Below, one piece after another: positions 12,670 through 26,017 of a stretch of 64,000 nucleotides of DNA; positions within the stretch are counted from its first letter, which is position 1, and each line of letters starts with the position of its first letter. A model generated the notes under the pieces. The model saw only the letters and a program-made list of their open reading frames with translations. It did not search any database and was not told where the DNA came from. Source of the stretch: Octopus vulgaris (Eukaryota). Location of the stretch: positions 184,574,001-184,638,000 of the forward strand of contig OX597814.1 in NCBI GenBank assembly GCA_951406725.2, in the 5' to 3' direction. A program made the translations under genes and the position numbers.

Positions 12670-12918
12670 TATAATCATTTTCTTTAGATTCCAAATTATT
12701 ATTGGTATTTAGGTATTTACATGCATTCAGGTAATGAAAACAATGTGAACATGCAAACAAGTAACTTAATTATATTTGAATGAAATGCGGTTGGTCAACG
12801 AAGTGAGAAGAATTACTAGTGTGCGTTCACCATTTTGATAGATGATTATAACATCTTACACATTTGGACATTAACTAAAAAATCAGTAAAATTCACTGGT
12901 TTTATACATTTGAAAGCA

Positions 12919-13084
12919 TGTATGTATGTATGTATGTATGTATGTATGTATGTATGTATGTATGTATGTATGTATGTATGTATGTATTTATGTATGTATG
13001 TATGTATGTATGTATGTATTTATGTATGTATGTATATACATGTCTGCATACATGCACAGACACATATGCATACGCACACACACT

Positions 13085-13126
<42 letters not shown>
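12919..13126. repeat. (TATG)n followed by (CA)n microsatellites
   Basis: Read directly. Confidence 0.95.
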
Positions 13127-13129
<3 letters not shown>

Positions 13130-13260
13130 GGAAAAAGATTTTCCTACATTGAAGAATTATTAATTATATTAAAATATCTTTAAAAAATTGAATTAATTCA
13201 GACTCGATCGGAAGAAGTGATCTATGCTGATCCGGTTATTGTTTTTAAAATAATTATAAC

Positions 13261-13345
<85 letters not shown>

Positions 13346-13376
13346 GTGATGATGATAATAATAATAATAATGATAA
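13261..13376. repeat. (AAT)n microsatellite
   Basis: Read directly. Confidence 0.97.
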
Positions 13377-13520
13377 TTTTTAATTAATTAGTAATATTTA
13401 ATTAACGAAATCTTTTTTCACATATAGTGACTGTCAGGAAATGGTATTACTTTTTAAAAATACATATACTTGTGCGTGCGTGTCTGTGTCTATAGTGTAT
13501 GTATAGACGCACAAACATGC

Positions 13521-13590
<70 letters not shown>

Positions 13591-13639
13591 TCGATTCGAT
13601 TCGTTTGGTTTCGTTTCGTTTCTTCTTCTTCTCTAAGCT

Positions 13640-13705
<66 letters not shown>

Positions 13706-13955
13706 CAAACAATGTAGGTGAGCAAATATGTGAACACGTTCTTTCTGTTCTACGATGAGAAAATGTCAAACCAAAATCCTTCCTCATTTAAGACCATACA
13801 TCAGCTTATATAAAGTAGTCATAAGTTTGGCTATCACCGTAGGATATATACCGTAATTTGTACATTTTTGCTTTTACCGGTTCATCCTTAAATGCTCTTT
13901 TTCATGCGTAATGTAGCGTACGTAAAGTATAGCTAAATATATACGTATTTCATTG

Positions 13956-14046
<91 letters not shown>

Positions 14047-15254
14047 TATATTTATATCCACAAGGATAATTTTATAACTTCGTTAGACCGAAGAATAAAA
14101 ACAGGACTGCAGCTGGAATTTTTAGTTGCTTTTATAATACATTAATTTAATCCATATAGTTTTCTCCATTCGACTTCACTCGTATTACCCTTTGAGATTT
14201 TATCGCCTTTTATTCGTATATATAAGTATATTTTACACTATTGGGCTTTACTATTGGGTGCCCTGATGTTTTAATGTATATTTATATTCGAGTTATGATA
14301 ATATGGGAATATTATAAAGCTTTATTTGGCCAATTAGACTGTTATATACATATATACATATATATAGAATAAAATCGGAGATTCAGTTAAAAATTTATTT
14401 ATTATAACCTCATAATTTACACAATCTTTATACATTTTGCAGCATATTAATATGCCAGGCGATAAATATTACATGAACAATTACATAATCACATTCTAAC
14501 GCCAGATCACCAAAAGAAATCATCGTTCGTAATCATCGATTGACACTAACTTCGGTTTGTAGGTAAACTTTTTGTTTTTTTTTCTTATCTCATTTATTAT
14601 GCCCTTTTCACTCCCTTGTCTCTCCTAGTATTCTCATAGTATCTGACAAAGCACTATATCCGAAGCGTTATACTGTTTACTCTAACTTTTCCCCTTCTTT
14701 AAGCGTCATCCTAATAATGGCAAATGTAAACCTCTTTTGGACTTTTGTTTTTCTTTTATATTTTATTCTTTATTCGATTTGCTGGTTAAAAAATATAACT
14801 ATTAATAAAAAATAAGGTAAAAATAGTACAACCCGGGTTCCTTTCAAATTTGAAACAATTGCACAATATCAAACATTAGTAAAACCGTTTTATCCAGAGA
14901 GTTGGACTTAAAATTGACGTTACAGCTAAATTTCGAACATGATCATTCCAAAGAGGACGGGAAGCATTAATAATATAAAACAATACGAAAAAATGATGTT
15001 GAGAATTTAATACTACTCTAATAATACTACTCTAATAACCAACGCTATTGAGCTTAAGAAATTTTCTAAAACGATTTAGCTGATAAGCGTTGAAACTTTC
15101 AGATATAAGCGATTTAGCAACACAGCTCATGTTTGTAAGGAAGGATTATCATTTAGAGACTTAAGAAAATTATCGGTATACCAACACTAGTGACAGTATC
15201 CAACATACTAAAAATAGTTAAAATCTCTACCTTTATCATTATTGTTGTAAAACC

Positions 15255-15442
15255 CAGTACTCCGCAACCACTATGCCGCGGCATACTGGTGTGCCGCAAG
15301 ACGATGCTAGGTGTGCCACAGTGTAACCTGAATATAATTTCCCCCTATACTTTTAGTTATACTTTTAGTTCAGGAGTTACGCCAAATTTTGAAGAAAATA
15401 TAAGTGTATCGCAAGCGAACAAAGTAACAGAGGGTTACACTA
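15255..15442. mobile_element. Decayed hAT/Charlie-like non-autonomous element
   Basis: cagtactccgcaaccactatgccgcggcatactggtgtgccgcaaga...ggtgtgccac resembles hAT-Charlie termini with repeated GTGTGCCGC subterminal motifs. The right end is poorly preserved. Confidence 0.45.
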
Positions 15443-15789
15443 TAACCAGATTCTTTCATTTAATTGTATTAGCGGGACCCGTGAATATTTCACGGAATTA
15501 ATGGTAAATTTATTGAGTTATTTATGAAAACATTATCCCCAAAAACCTGAAAGCATAGCCTGTGTTTTGTCTGAATCAAAAGATAGTCGCTCATCTGTTA
15601 CTCATTCAAAAGTGGAGGAAATTGGAATATGATGGTTACTTAATGTACTTTAGATACACGCTTTATAAACTTTATGCACAATTTCATAGATTTAATACAG
15701 AACACTATCCCTTTTTTCTTTCTCACTCTTCGCATTATCCTCTTTCTCTCACTTTTTTCTTTCTCTCACTTTTTTCTTTCCCTCGTCGC

Positions 15790-15989
15790 CTTTCACTTCA
15801 ACTAATCACGCAAAAGAGGTACAGGCGGTCTAAGTAATGGACGACCGCTCGGTTCAAAGTCTCTCTTGACCAGAAATGGCCTGAACTCTTTGTTTGACTA
15901 CCCTCCCTGCACATAACTCCCAGTCCCTCTACATGGCCTTGCTTTTGTTTTTTGAGCCAATAAAAATTAAATTGAATTGAATTGAATTG
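15790..15989 (+). mobile_element. Probable LINE 3' end with AATAAA and (ATTGA)n tail
   Basis: ...gagccaataaaaattaaattgaattgaattgaattgg short-tandem tail; no coding motif recognised. Confidence 0.4.
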
Positions 15990-16424
15990 GACGTAAAAAA
16001 AAACTTAGTAAAAAAAACTACATATTTCACTCACCCCCTATCCTCCTCGCAAATTCCCTTCCCTACTCGCACATCCCGTTCCCCCTTCAACGAAGTGACA
16101 ATCAGAATTATTATAAGATTCTCTGATCGTTCTAAAGATAGTTTAGATTGATTTACAAACACTGTAAAGCACATCTATTACAAATATCTAATGAGAAACG
16201 CGACTGAAATTTTCGCTGTGTCACAAACAAGTATCATTACAATATATACTCTATAGCTATATGTGCGAAGCCGAGGACTGATTCCTTCACAGGAACAAAG
16301 GTTTCTCCCTATGTATATTAATTCAGACAATGGAGTAATTAATTTCTTTCGTTGCCTTCCATATCATGTACAGAAGGAAACTCAGAGTAGCAATGAAATA
16401 AATTATCAAATTATATATGTGTTT

Positions 16425-16492
<68 letters not shown>

Positions 16493-16530
16493 TTATATGC
16501 GTGTATGCGTGTTTGTAATGTATACATATA

Positions 16531-17786
16531 TTGGGTTGGTAACTAAGTTTTTTTAAATTCAAATTTTTTAAAAGGTTTAATAAAAAAAAATTACAACTAA
16601 TTAATCAATAATGTATTCACCCCTGTTTACAACTTCTTCCCAACGTTCAACAAGATTTTCAATACCTCGTTGGTAGAAATCACCCGAATTCTACTCGAGA
16701 AGTTGATCCAGCCAAGCTCTCAATTCTGCATCAGTAGTGAATGAAACTTCACGCATAGCATTTGAAAGAGATTGAAAGAGGTGGAAACCGTAGGTGCCAA
16801 ATCAGGAGAGTACAGCGGGTGTGGCAGTGTTTCCCAACTATGCGTTTGAATGGCTTCCTTAGTCATATTGGCGATATGAGGGTAGGTGTTGTGTAGCAAA
16901 AAAACTCCATGCTGCCGACTAGGTCTTTTCTCTTGAATAGCCGTGTTGAGTCGTTCCATTTGTTGATCATAGGGTTGCACGTTGACCGTTTGGTTCCGTT
17001 CAAGTAATTCGTAAAGGATAATCCCTTCCCAGTCACACCATAAGCACAACATCGTTTTACGCAGATGCAGTTCTTGTTTCACGCGCGGTGTTGCTTGTTT
17101 ACCGGGGCTAAGCCATTCCTTACGCTCCTTCATATCGATGTACAGGCACCATATTTCATCTCCAGTAACGATTCAGTAAAGAAGTTGTCGCTTGTGTCTT
17201 TAAACTGAGCAGTGACGATCAAGAAAACAAGTGGAGATTGTAACTCGTCGATTTTTGTTGTCACTTAAAGCATGCGGAACTCATGCTTCATACTTCTGAA
17301 CCTTTCCTATCGAGTGAAGATGCTTCTCTATTGCAGTGTGGGAGCATTTCATTTTCCCTGCCAGTTCCCTTGTCGTTTGACGAGAATTTTCGTGCAAAAG
17401 TTGGTTTAATCGCTCTTCATCGAACTCAGCTGGTCGGCCAGAACGAGGTGCATCTTTGAGGTCAAAGTTTCCATTTTTGAACTTGAAATACCAATCACGA
17501 GCGGTTCTTGCAGCTATGGCACCCTCTCCATACACAGCATAAATGTCGCGAGCAGCTTTTGTGGCCTTAGGACAAAAAAAGTGGTGTGGAAAATGCTCGT
17601 TTTCCTTAACTTGACATTCCATTTTAATGATCCGAAAATATACAAAAATTAACTAAAATTAACTAGAAAAAAAAACAAACTCCAAAATGATTCACAAATA
17701 GAATTCTCGAAAAAATTAGATTCCAAAGTTTAAAAACGCAATAAATTCCAAAATTTAAAATAACGGCGGGAACTTAGTTGCCAACT

Positions 17787-17789
<3 letters not shown>
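16531..17789 (-). mobile_element. Tc1/mariner DNA transposon (mellifera-subfamily-like), about 1.26 kb, defective
   Basis: TIRs ttgggttggtaactaagtt / aacttagttgccaactcag, with TA on both flanks; internal transposase relic. Confidence 0.95.
16605..17622 (-). pseudogene. Mariner transposase pseudogene (stop codons and frameshifts)
   Basis: ORFs 17281-17622 (HTH region, DAPRSGRP) and 16720-17133; *VPHAL (WVPHEL motif with a stop), IVTGDE, YSPDLAP; HDNA motif damaged. Confidence 0.93.
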
Positions 17790-17826
<37 letters not shown>

Positions 17827-18541
17827 GTATATGTGTATATATATATACACATATACATATATATATACATACATATATATATGCCTACGTACACACACAC
17901 ACATACACACACAAACACAATCGTATATTGATGAATGGTTGCGATCATGACTGTCCATAAATATGTAGAAATGTATAACCATTTCTCACAATGTCCCTGC
18001 CACATTCACTTTCACTCTTTCCCCACTTTCCAACTTCCCACCATTTTCCGTTCATCCATAAATTTTCAAAAAATGTTAAATATTTATCTCTCAACATTCG
18101 TACATATGAATAGAATCTATTGGTCGAGTTTTCAGGATCAGAAATGCCTATTATGTGGTCAATGAGTCTATTGATATCAAAATACACGAAAACATTGTGT
18201 TGTGAGATCCATGCATTTTCTAATAGCATTCATGGCGTTCGTGAAATGAAATATTGTAGCGGAAAATTAAATTTAGGTCAGGTGCTTCGTTTCTACACAA
18301 CATTCGGATTCGTAATCATAAATCTTTTACGTTCTCAAAGCTCGTAATTTGGATATTTAACAAATATATATACGTATATACATACACGCATATATAATGA
18401 TATACACACACACATTATATATACATGCATACACACACATACACACACACACATATATATATATATAAACAAACATACCTTTGTATACGTGCATATATAC
18501 ATATACATACATATATATATTTATGTATATATATATATATT

Positions 18542-18592
<51 letters not shown>

Positions 18593-19439
18593 ATACATAC
18601 ATCGATATACTTACATATATTATACATATGATTATATATATGTTTACTTACACATAAATACTCATATCATATGTATGTATATGAATATATATGCACACAC
18701 GCACATATATATGTGTGTGTATATATACATATATGTGTGTGTATACATACATATATGTGCATACATATATATATTCAACATATATATACATATATATTCA
18801 CACACACAACACACACAACATACAACATACTCACACATACACACACTCACACACACATATATATTTAAGACAGCTATCTTATAATCTTTAGTTATCTAGC
18901 TACCCAATAAATTATGATAACCCCCACTGATAATGGCTTTCGTTTTTTTGTTTACCCAATTCTCACTGTCATTTTCTAATCCGCCATACAGTTCTTCCTT
19001 TGAGAAAAAATTTGATACTTTTATCCTAATTTGAAAAATGTCTGTTAATGTTATCATGCTTGAAAATATCTTTTCAGAACGAGATTTCATGGTTGGGATC
19101 TTGTTTTATTAACAAGGAAGATAACAGACAATACAGGAATGAATACATGTGTGTATGTGTGTGTGTTTGTGTGTGCGTGCTTCTGTGTGTACGTGCGTGT
19201 ATGATAGTGTTTATCTCAGTTGGATACTTACTCAAATATGAAGTACTTATTCCCAGTGTTTCAGATACTGGATTGTTGAACTTACCCGTTCAAAGATCTC
19301 AAATGCTTGATAGGGAATCAATAAAATTTTAACTGTTAGGAAGTCCTGGAAGTTTAATTATTCTTGTCTTGATTTTTGTTTCTGCTGTCTATTTTCTCTT
19401 AATTTTAAGGAATACTTAGAATTAATATATATATATATA

Positions 19440-19577
19440 ATCGCTTGCCACTACACATTCTTTGTTTACGCTCCTTGTTTCTTTCTGTATACCTTTCTGT
19501 AGAAGAGCGTAGGCTCAAAACATTAAAGACTTTACCACCTGTCTTCATCTTTTGCTTTTCTTTTGTGAATTCTCCGT
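19440..19577 (+). mobile_element. Short (TA)n-embedded repeat, possibly a Penelope-like terminal-repeat fragment; related copy at 41010-41160 (-)
   Basis: Shared cctttctgt.gaagagc.ta.gctc.aaac.t.aaagacttt block and shared 3' aattctc end. The Penelope assignment is inference. Confidence 0.6.
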
Positions 19578-20600
19578 ATATATATATACTTGAACTATTC
19601 TAATTCATCTAGTATAAATATTCTTGTCCGCACGGCTCCCATTGTGTTGTGAAATTTCTGCTCCTGGGGGCTTTTGATTTTAGCGCTGGAAGCAAGAAAA
19701 CAATCACTATTTTACCCCGTGTCTTTAGATTTTGCTGCTATGAACCACATTTGTACGTGGTAATCAACGTCTTCACAGCAACGATTAAATAAAGAGGGTA
19801 TTAGCAATCCAACCCGTGGGAAGCATTGCTAAAATCATTTCATGCCACAAAGAAGTCGAGAATAAAATTCCTGTGCTTTTACTGTTGTAGGTGCTGCAAT
19901 CGTTCTCTTTATTGAGTATCGCGAAGTAACTCAGAACGAACGAACGAAACTCACAACGAACTTTGAAGCAGCGCATCCAAATCTGAATGTAATCTAAGTA
20001 TACTTTTTTTGTCAGCCTTTAATAAATAGCATGTGTTATCATTTAGTGATTAATTTTGTGAGTGAAATGAAATATGAATATTTTGATGTTAGTCTGCTCC
20101 TGAAGCTGATGATATCGTGAGATCATATTGTATCTATCGCTAAAAGCTAATTTAAGAGGTACAGCAATAAATAATGTCTACTGCCTCAATGGAATTGAAA
20201 TAAACACCAGTCAACTAATGTTCCAATACCATATCTATCACACCGCTTTACTTTTAAATTTAAACAAATGAAGGATCATCTATGTTATTACTCGACTTGT
20301 CTGAAAGGGGTTCAGATTCTCCTTTAACTCACATCACACCGTCTTAAAAATAGAACCACATATTAAATAATATAGCCCTGGATATCTCTGTAGACATAGG
20401 ATGGTATTGCCTAGATAGTCCTTGATCACAGGACTGTTTGATAAGGACCTGAATCAGAAAGGCTTTTCTCAAGACATCGACAATAAAAACTGTTTCAGTA
20501 CTTCAATTTCCAGTGACAATATTTACTGCTTAAACCGATTTTGTGTTTTGAAGTTTTTATATCAATTTAGTAATTAATACAAAAATTGCGTATCATATTA

Positions 20601-20871
20601 TGTTTGTTCCTTCTTGACCCAGCCTGGCTCATAGGGCCGGTTTCCCGGTTTCTTTGGCGTATAGGTTCCTCACCTGGACGGGACGCCGGTCCGTCGCAGG
20701 TGAGCTGCAAGAGGAAAGAGTGAGAGAAAGTTGTGGCGAAAGAGTCAGCAGAAGTTTGCCATTACCTTCTGCCGGAGCTCATGAACATACACATGACCCG
20801 GTCTGAGATTCGAACCCGCGATCCCTCGACCGCGAGTCCGCTGCTCTAACCAATAGGCCATGTGCCTCCAC
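20601..20871 (-). mobile_element. SINE-C (tRNA-Arg-like head with V-domain-like tail)
   Basis: Head gtggaggcacatggcctattggttagagcagcggactcgcggtcg...ggttcgaatc; colinear with 58775-59040. Confidence 0.88.
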
Positions 20872-21623
20872 GAAGATTTCATTGCTTTTTTTCGGTAGGT
20901 TAAATGATTTATTACATTTTTATTAGTTGACTCGAAAAAATACCTCATTAATATCGTGTGGTTAAACAAGGAGGCTTGTTTAATGCATGTAACTTTCAAA
21001 GAACGGTAAGTATTTATGAAAACTGAAAGCAGATTTTAAATAAACATTTTACGAAAATCTCTGAGGCTAGATCCTTCGTTCTATGAATTCATGACCTGAG
21101 ATCACAGTCAGTCGAACATTCTGATCCCGTCTTACCCTTTCATCACTGTCTCTCTTGAAATGTAATTTTAGCAGTATCATGATACACATTTCTTTTAGAA
21201 AAACACAATATACTAATCAACATATACTAGAAATATTAACACAATTAAATTTATCAACCCAAGCGAGTCCGCTGTTCTAACCACTAGGCCATGTGCCTCC
21301 ACGTATCATATTAACACTATGTAATTATTTACAAGTGTTTAAATGTTTTACAAAGGTTTAGATGATTTGAGGTAAGACCCATTGTTTTGTTTGATGCATT
21401 AGCAGTTACATTTCTTTAGGAAATGTAAATAAATGTGCCAGTTGCTCGAATTCACTGGACAATTCGACAAATAATCACATAGTATAGTGGTGCCCCAGAA
21501 TAGCTTTTCCGTGTGTTTCTTCATGTGCGTATTTCTTTTTATCCTTTAGTCTGGAGACTAGGCAATGCTTATGGCCCATCACATTTCGTCCAGCGTGCTA
21601 ACGATTCTGCCAGGTCGCTGCCT

Positions 21624-21750
<127 letters not shown>

Positions 21751-22102
21751 GTAAGGACGTGGAAAATTGAAATACAAAAGATGTGTAATCTTAAAGCGGG
21801 AAGTGATCTTATGACTGTGGGTGCTCTAGGTATGATAAGAAAGGGATGTCAGAAACATCAAGATAATATACCAGAAGAATAATTCTCAGAGAAATCTAAA
21901 ACATTGAGCTGACAAGTACGCACCACATCCTGAGAAAACTCTATCAATTTAAATGTTTGTGTTGTATTACATGAAGATATTTCGCTACTTCCCCTCCCCA
22001 AGCTTTCATTCATACTGTAACATCTCTTGTTCTTTACGCTCTCTAGGACGCTGGGTGTGTCTCAGCAAATGATTGTAACAAGCATGCAGATTAAAAGTAA
22101 AT
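21751..22102 (+). mobile_element. 5'-truncated R4/Dong-clade non-LTR retrotransposon (RLE C-terminus and 3' UTR) inserted in (TAA)n
   Basis: Frameshifted translation IEIQKMCNLKAGSDLMTVGALGMIRKGCQKHQDNIP...EI*NIELTSTHHILRK resembles the R4/Dong/Rex6 C-terminus (IEIxRMW...VGALG...TAHILRK). Long (TAA)n on both sides. Confidence 0.8.
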
Positions 22103-22103
22103 G

Positions 22104-22162
<59 letters not shown>

Positions 22163-22173
22163 TAATAATAATA

Positions 22174-22265
<92 letters not shown>

Positions 22266-22440
22266 GTAATAAATAATAATAATAAAAATATTAATTATAA
22301 TAATAATAATAATGATAATAATAATAAATATTAATAATAATAAATAATAATAATAAAAATAATAATAGTAATAAATAATAATGATAATAATAATAAATAA
22401 TAATAATAATAATAATAAAAATATTAATAATAATAATATT
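22103..22440. repeat. Long degenerate (TAA)n tract
   Basis: Read directly. Confidence 0.95.
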
Positions 22441-22459
22441 GTTGCTGCAACAACATTCT

Positions 22460-22675
22460 TAATAATAATCCTCCCTACTACAGGCACAAAATCTGAAATC
22501 TGGGGGAGGGGTATAGTCGATTACATCGATACCAGTACTCAGCTGGTACTTATTTCGTTGACTCCGAAAGGATGAAAGGCAAAGTTGACTTCGGCGGAAT
22601 TTGAACTCAGAACGTAGCGGCAGACGAAATACACTTAAGCGTTTCGTGCTAATGATTCTTCCAGTTCGCCGTCTT
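22460..22675 (-). mobile_element. SINE-A (tail B)
   Basis: ccgaaaggatgaaaggcaaagttgacttcggcggaatttgaactcagaacgt body. Confidence 0.88.
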
Positions 22676-22715
22676 AATAATAATAATATCAACAACAACA
22701 ACAACAGCTACAACT

Positions 22716-22762
<47 letters not shown>

Positions 22763-22773
22763 AAAAATAATAA

Positions 22774-23340
22774 ATGCCCTGATGCTGTACCGGGCAATGG
22801 CTCTCATGGCTTTTGATCTTAACTTATTGGAAGTGTTATCATGTACATGTTTGGTGTTGGTGTAAAAGATGGACTACAGCAAATATTCTGGTGAATATCG
22901 CAGATTTGCATATCGGTTGCTTCACTTTAACCAGTTGACCACGTCCCTTTGTGACTGACAATATGTGCATCTCTGATCACGAACAGAAGTAGTGTTTGTT
23001 GTGGGGGGAACCATAGCCATGTGTTGAAAGGAATTCTTTGCGATTTGAATAATTCACCTCTAGAAACATGGGTGTTTCATTCATTATCCTTAAACAATCC
23101 GTTTTCAAGGACCTTTTGAGTGGGATGGGCTACTCCGCCTGAAGAAAATTCTAACAGGACCCCACGTGCTGCAAGGTTATGCGCTGTTTATCTTGGTAGA
23201 AGTTCAGCATGTCGTGCACGTATGGTTGTGATGCATCCGCCTGGTGTACCCTTATCAGACAGGTAGTCATGATGGGTATATTAGGCTTCGTATATTTGTA
23301 CCCTAGTGCCACTTTGATGTCATACGCTGCTTTCTCACTC
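22774..23340 (+). mobile_element. Longest copy of the unclassified (TAA/CAA)n-associated repeat
   Basis: Homologous to 1858-2110 and about 41955-42120, both inverted relative to this copy. Bounded by (AAC/AAT)n on the left and aatattaataat on the right. Confidence 0.8.
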
Positions 23341-23565
23341 AATATTAATAATATTAATGATATTGTTGGCCGAAGAAGAGATCCTAACTCTGAAATATTG
23401 AAATACCAGGTAACAGTACTAACCATTGCCTTGTTTTATTAATATTTCATAGCTTACATTTTTTTGGCTTCGAAAAAATATTAGTAACATTTATATAAAT
23501 AAAATAAAATTGAAATAGACATTGTATTACAACTAGAGTTGAAGATTGTAGACTCCAAAGACGTA

Positions 23566-23962
23566 TACTCCTTTACTCTTTTACTTGTTTCAGTCATTTG
23601 ACTGCGGCCATGCTTGGGCACCGCCTTGAGTCGAGGAAATCAACCCCAGGACTTATTCTTTGTAAGCCTAGTACTTATTCTATCGGTCCCTTTTGCCGAA
23701 CCAGCATCAGTTGTCAAGCGATTTGGGGAGGACAAACACAGACACACAAACACACACACACACGTGTGTGTGTGCGTGTATACATATACATATATACGAC
23801 GGGATTTTTTCAATTTCCGTCTACCAAATCTGCTCATAAGGCTTTGGTCGACCCGAGGCTATAGTAGAAGACACTTGCCCAAGGTGCCACGCAGGTGGGG
23901 CTGAACTCGAAATCATGTGGTTGCTAAGCAAGCTACTTACCACACAGCCACTCCTACGCCTA
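23566..23962 (-). mobile_element. SINE-B
   Basis: Full head (ggcgtaggagtggctgtgtggtaagtagcttgc) through the gagtaaaggag tail. Confidence 0.9.
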
Positions 23963-24715
23963 CGTATCTTAACTAATACTTCGCAACTGAATTATGGACG
24001 GTTGCCACTTTCAAGAAATATGTAATAAAATAAAATTTAAACCAATAATGATAATATCGAAATAATTCTCAACGCTTAATAATAATGATTTCTGACATAT
24101 GTACAAGGTCACAGATTATGGGAGATGGATGTAGGAGATTACATCATTCCTGGCAGTTAATAGGAGATTTATAGACATCAAAAGGATAAGAGGCAGAGCT
24201 ACCTGCAGGTAGAGATTGCATAATAAAAATTATTAAGCATTTACATCTCAGTATTGAAATATGATGAAAAGAGAACAAGAAAACTTCATAATCGAAACTC
24301 GAAACGAAGTTTTCCCAATAATTTCCTAACAAAGCCATAACATACAGGAAACAAAATTAATATTAATGTTATACACACACCCACCTAAAGCAACCCTCTT
24401 TTATTCTATTAAATATTAAAAATATTTTCAGTATCTATTAATCGATAGCCAATACTTTCTTCCTGGAAGGATTGCTCACATCAAACAAAATGTGTTCTTA
24501 TCAGTTTTCTATTAACCCTCCTGTATAACAATGTCTGATTCCGTACCAATAAATGGATCGTTGGCAATAAAAACTTTCCAAAGAAACTCTTGCCTAACAC
24601 AGGCGCGCGTGTGCATATGTGTGTGTCCGTATATCAATGTGTATATATAGAGAGATATATCACACAAGAGTTTCTTTCGATCTTTCGAAAGTTTTATGAA
24701 CTTAAGAAAATATAT

Positions 24716-24779
<64 letters not shown>

Positions 24780-25147
24780 CGTCTCGCAGTCAGTCGAGAA
24801 AATTAGAATAAAAAAATGAGATAGAGATATATCTGTTGGAGAAATATGTTGCAGCTGATATTGACATAACTAAGACCACAACAGACATAATCATGAACTT
24901 GATCGTCATCACCGTCGTCTCGTCGTCGTCGTTGTCGTCATCATGATCGTCATCATATTGATCATAGTTAATCATATCCTTATTTCTCTGTTTCATGTCA
25001 CAAATCAGTGCTGCTCTGTATCTTTTGTGTACGTGAAGATCTTTTTCGTTTTTTTTTTCTGTTGTATTTTATGTTTTCTGTATAGTATATGTGCAATGCA
25101 TGGTAGTACTATTTCCTATATAATTCATTTAGATGGTGATATAACTT

Positions 25148-25413
25148 ATAAAATAAATAAATAAATGCACCCTTTTAAAGCCTAGCCAGGCTCTTGGGCC
25201 CGGTTTCCCGGTTTCTATGGCGTATGTGTTCCTCAGCTGGACGGGACACCAGTCCATCGCAGCGTTACTCATTTTTGCCAGCTGAGTGGACTGGAGCAAC
25301 GTGAAATGAAGTGTTTAGCTCAAGAACACAACGCGTCGCCCTGTCCAGGAATCGAAACCACAATCTTACGTTCATGGTGCTGACATCCTAACCACTAAGC
25401 CACGCGCCTCCAC
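25148..25413 (-). mobile_element. SINE with head 2, CORE-like block, V-domain-like tail, (TTTA)n end and 10-bp TSD
   Basis: TSD gatataactt at 25138-25147 and 25414-25423; contains gcgatggactggtgtcccgtccag. Confidence 0.9.
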
Positions 25414-25978
25414 GATATAACTTGTGGTGAACATAATTTATGAATGAATTAAAATTTTACTTATCGTTGTAAATAGAAAACAAAACAAACATCGCATGTG
25501 GCAACTGTACGCGGATCATAAAGAAAAGATAAGATAACGTGAATAATTAAAGAATCGATTTTACGATTTAATTTTCATTCTTAAAACTATGATAGCAGGT
25601 AAGAGGACAACTGGAGACAGGTTTCGGTGGTATCAGACTTCATCATTAAAGCATAAGCACTTCAAGCCCGCTCAGTAGACAAATACTTTTACAAGAGAGC
25701 TAAGATATGTAATTCAGTGGGTGAACAGCATGAATTTCATGTGACATAAGCAGATAAATCATGGGACTTGAATAATATATTTGTCTACTTCATCACTTGT
25801 TTTAATCATTTTTTGATTAGTAGCTATTTGCATTTCCAAATACTACAACCAACCATCATTCACGACTGTATATCTCTTCATTTCATGTACCATATAACCA
25901 CGTGATGACGTAGATGTACCATCAACCGTATCAGTTTTGACCAAGTGGAGTATCGAGGATTTGACAGCTAAGGAGAGG

Positions 25979-26017
<39 letters not shown>

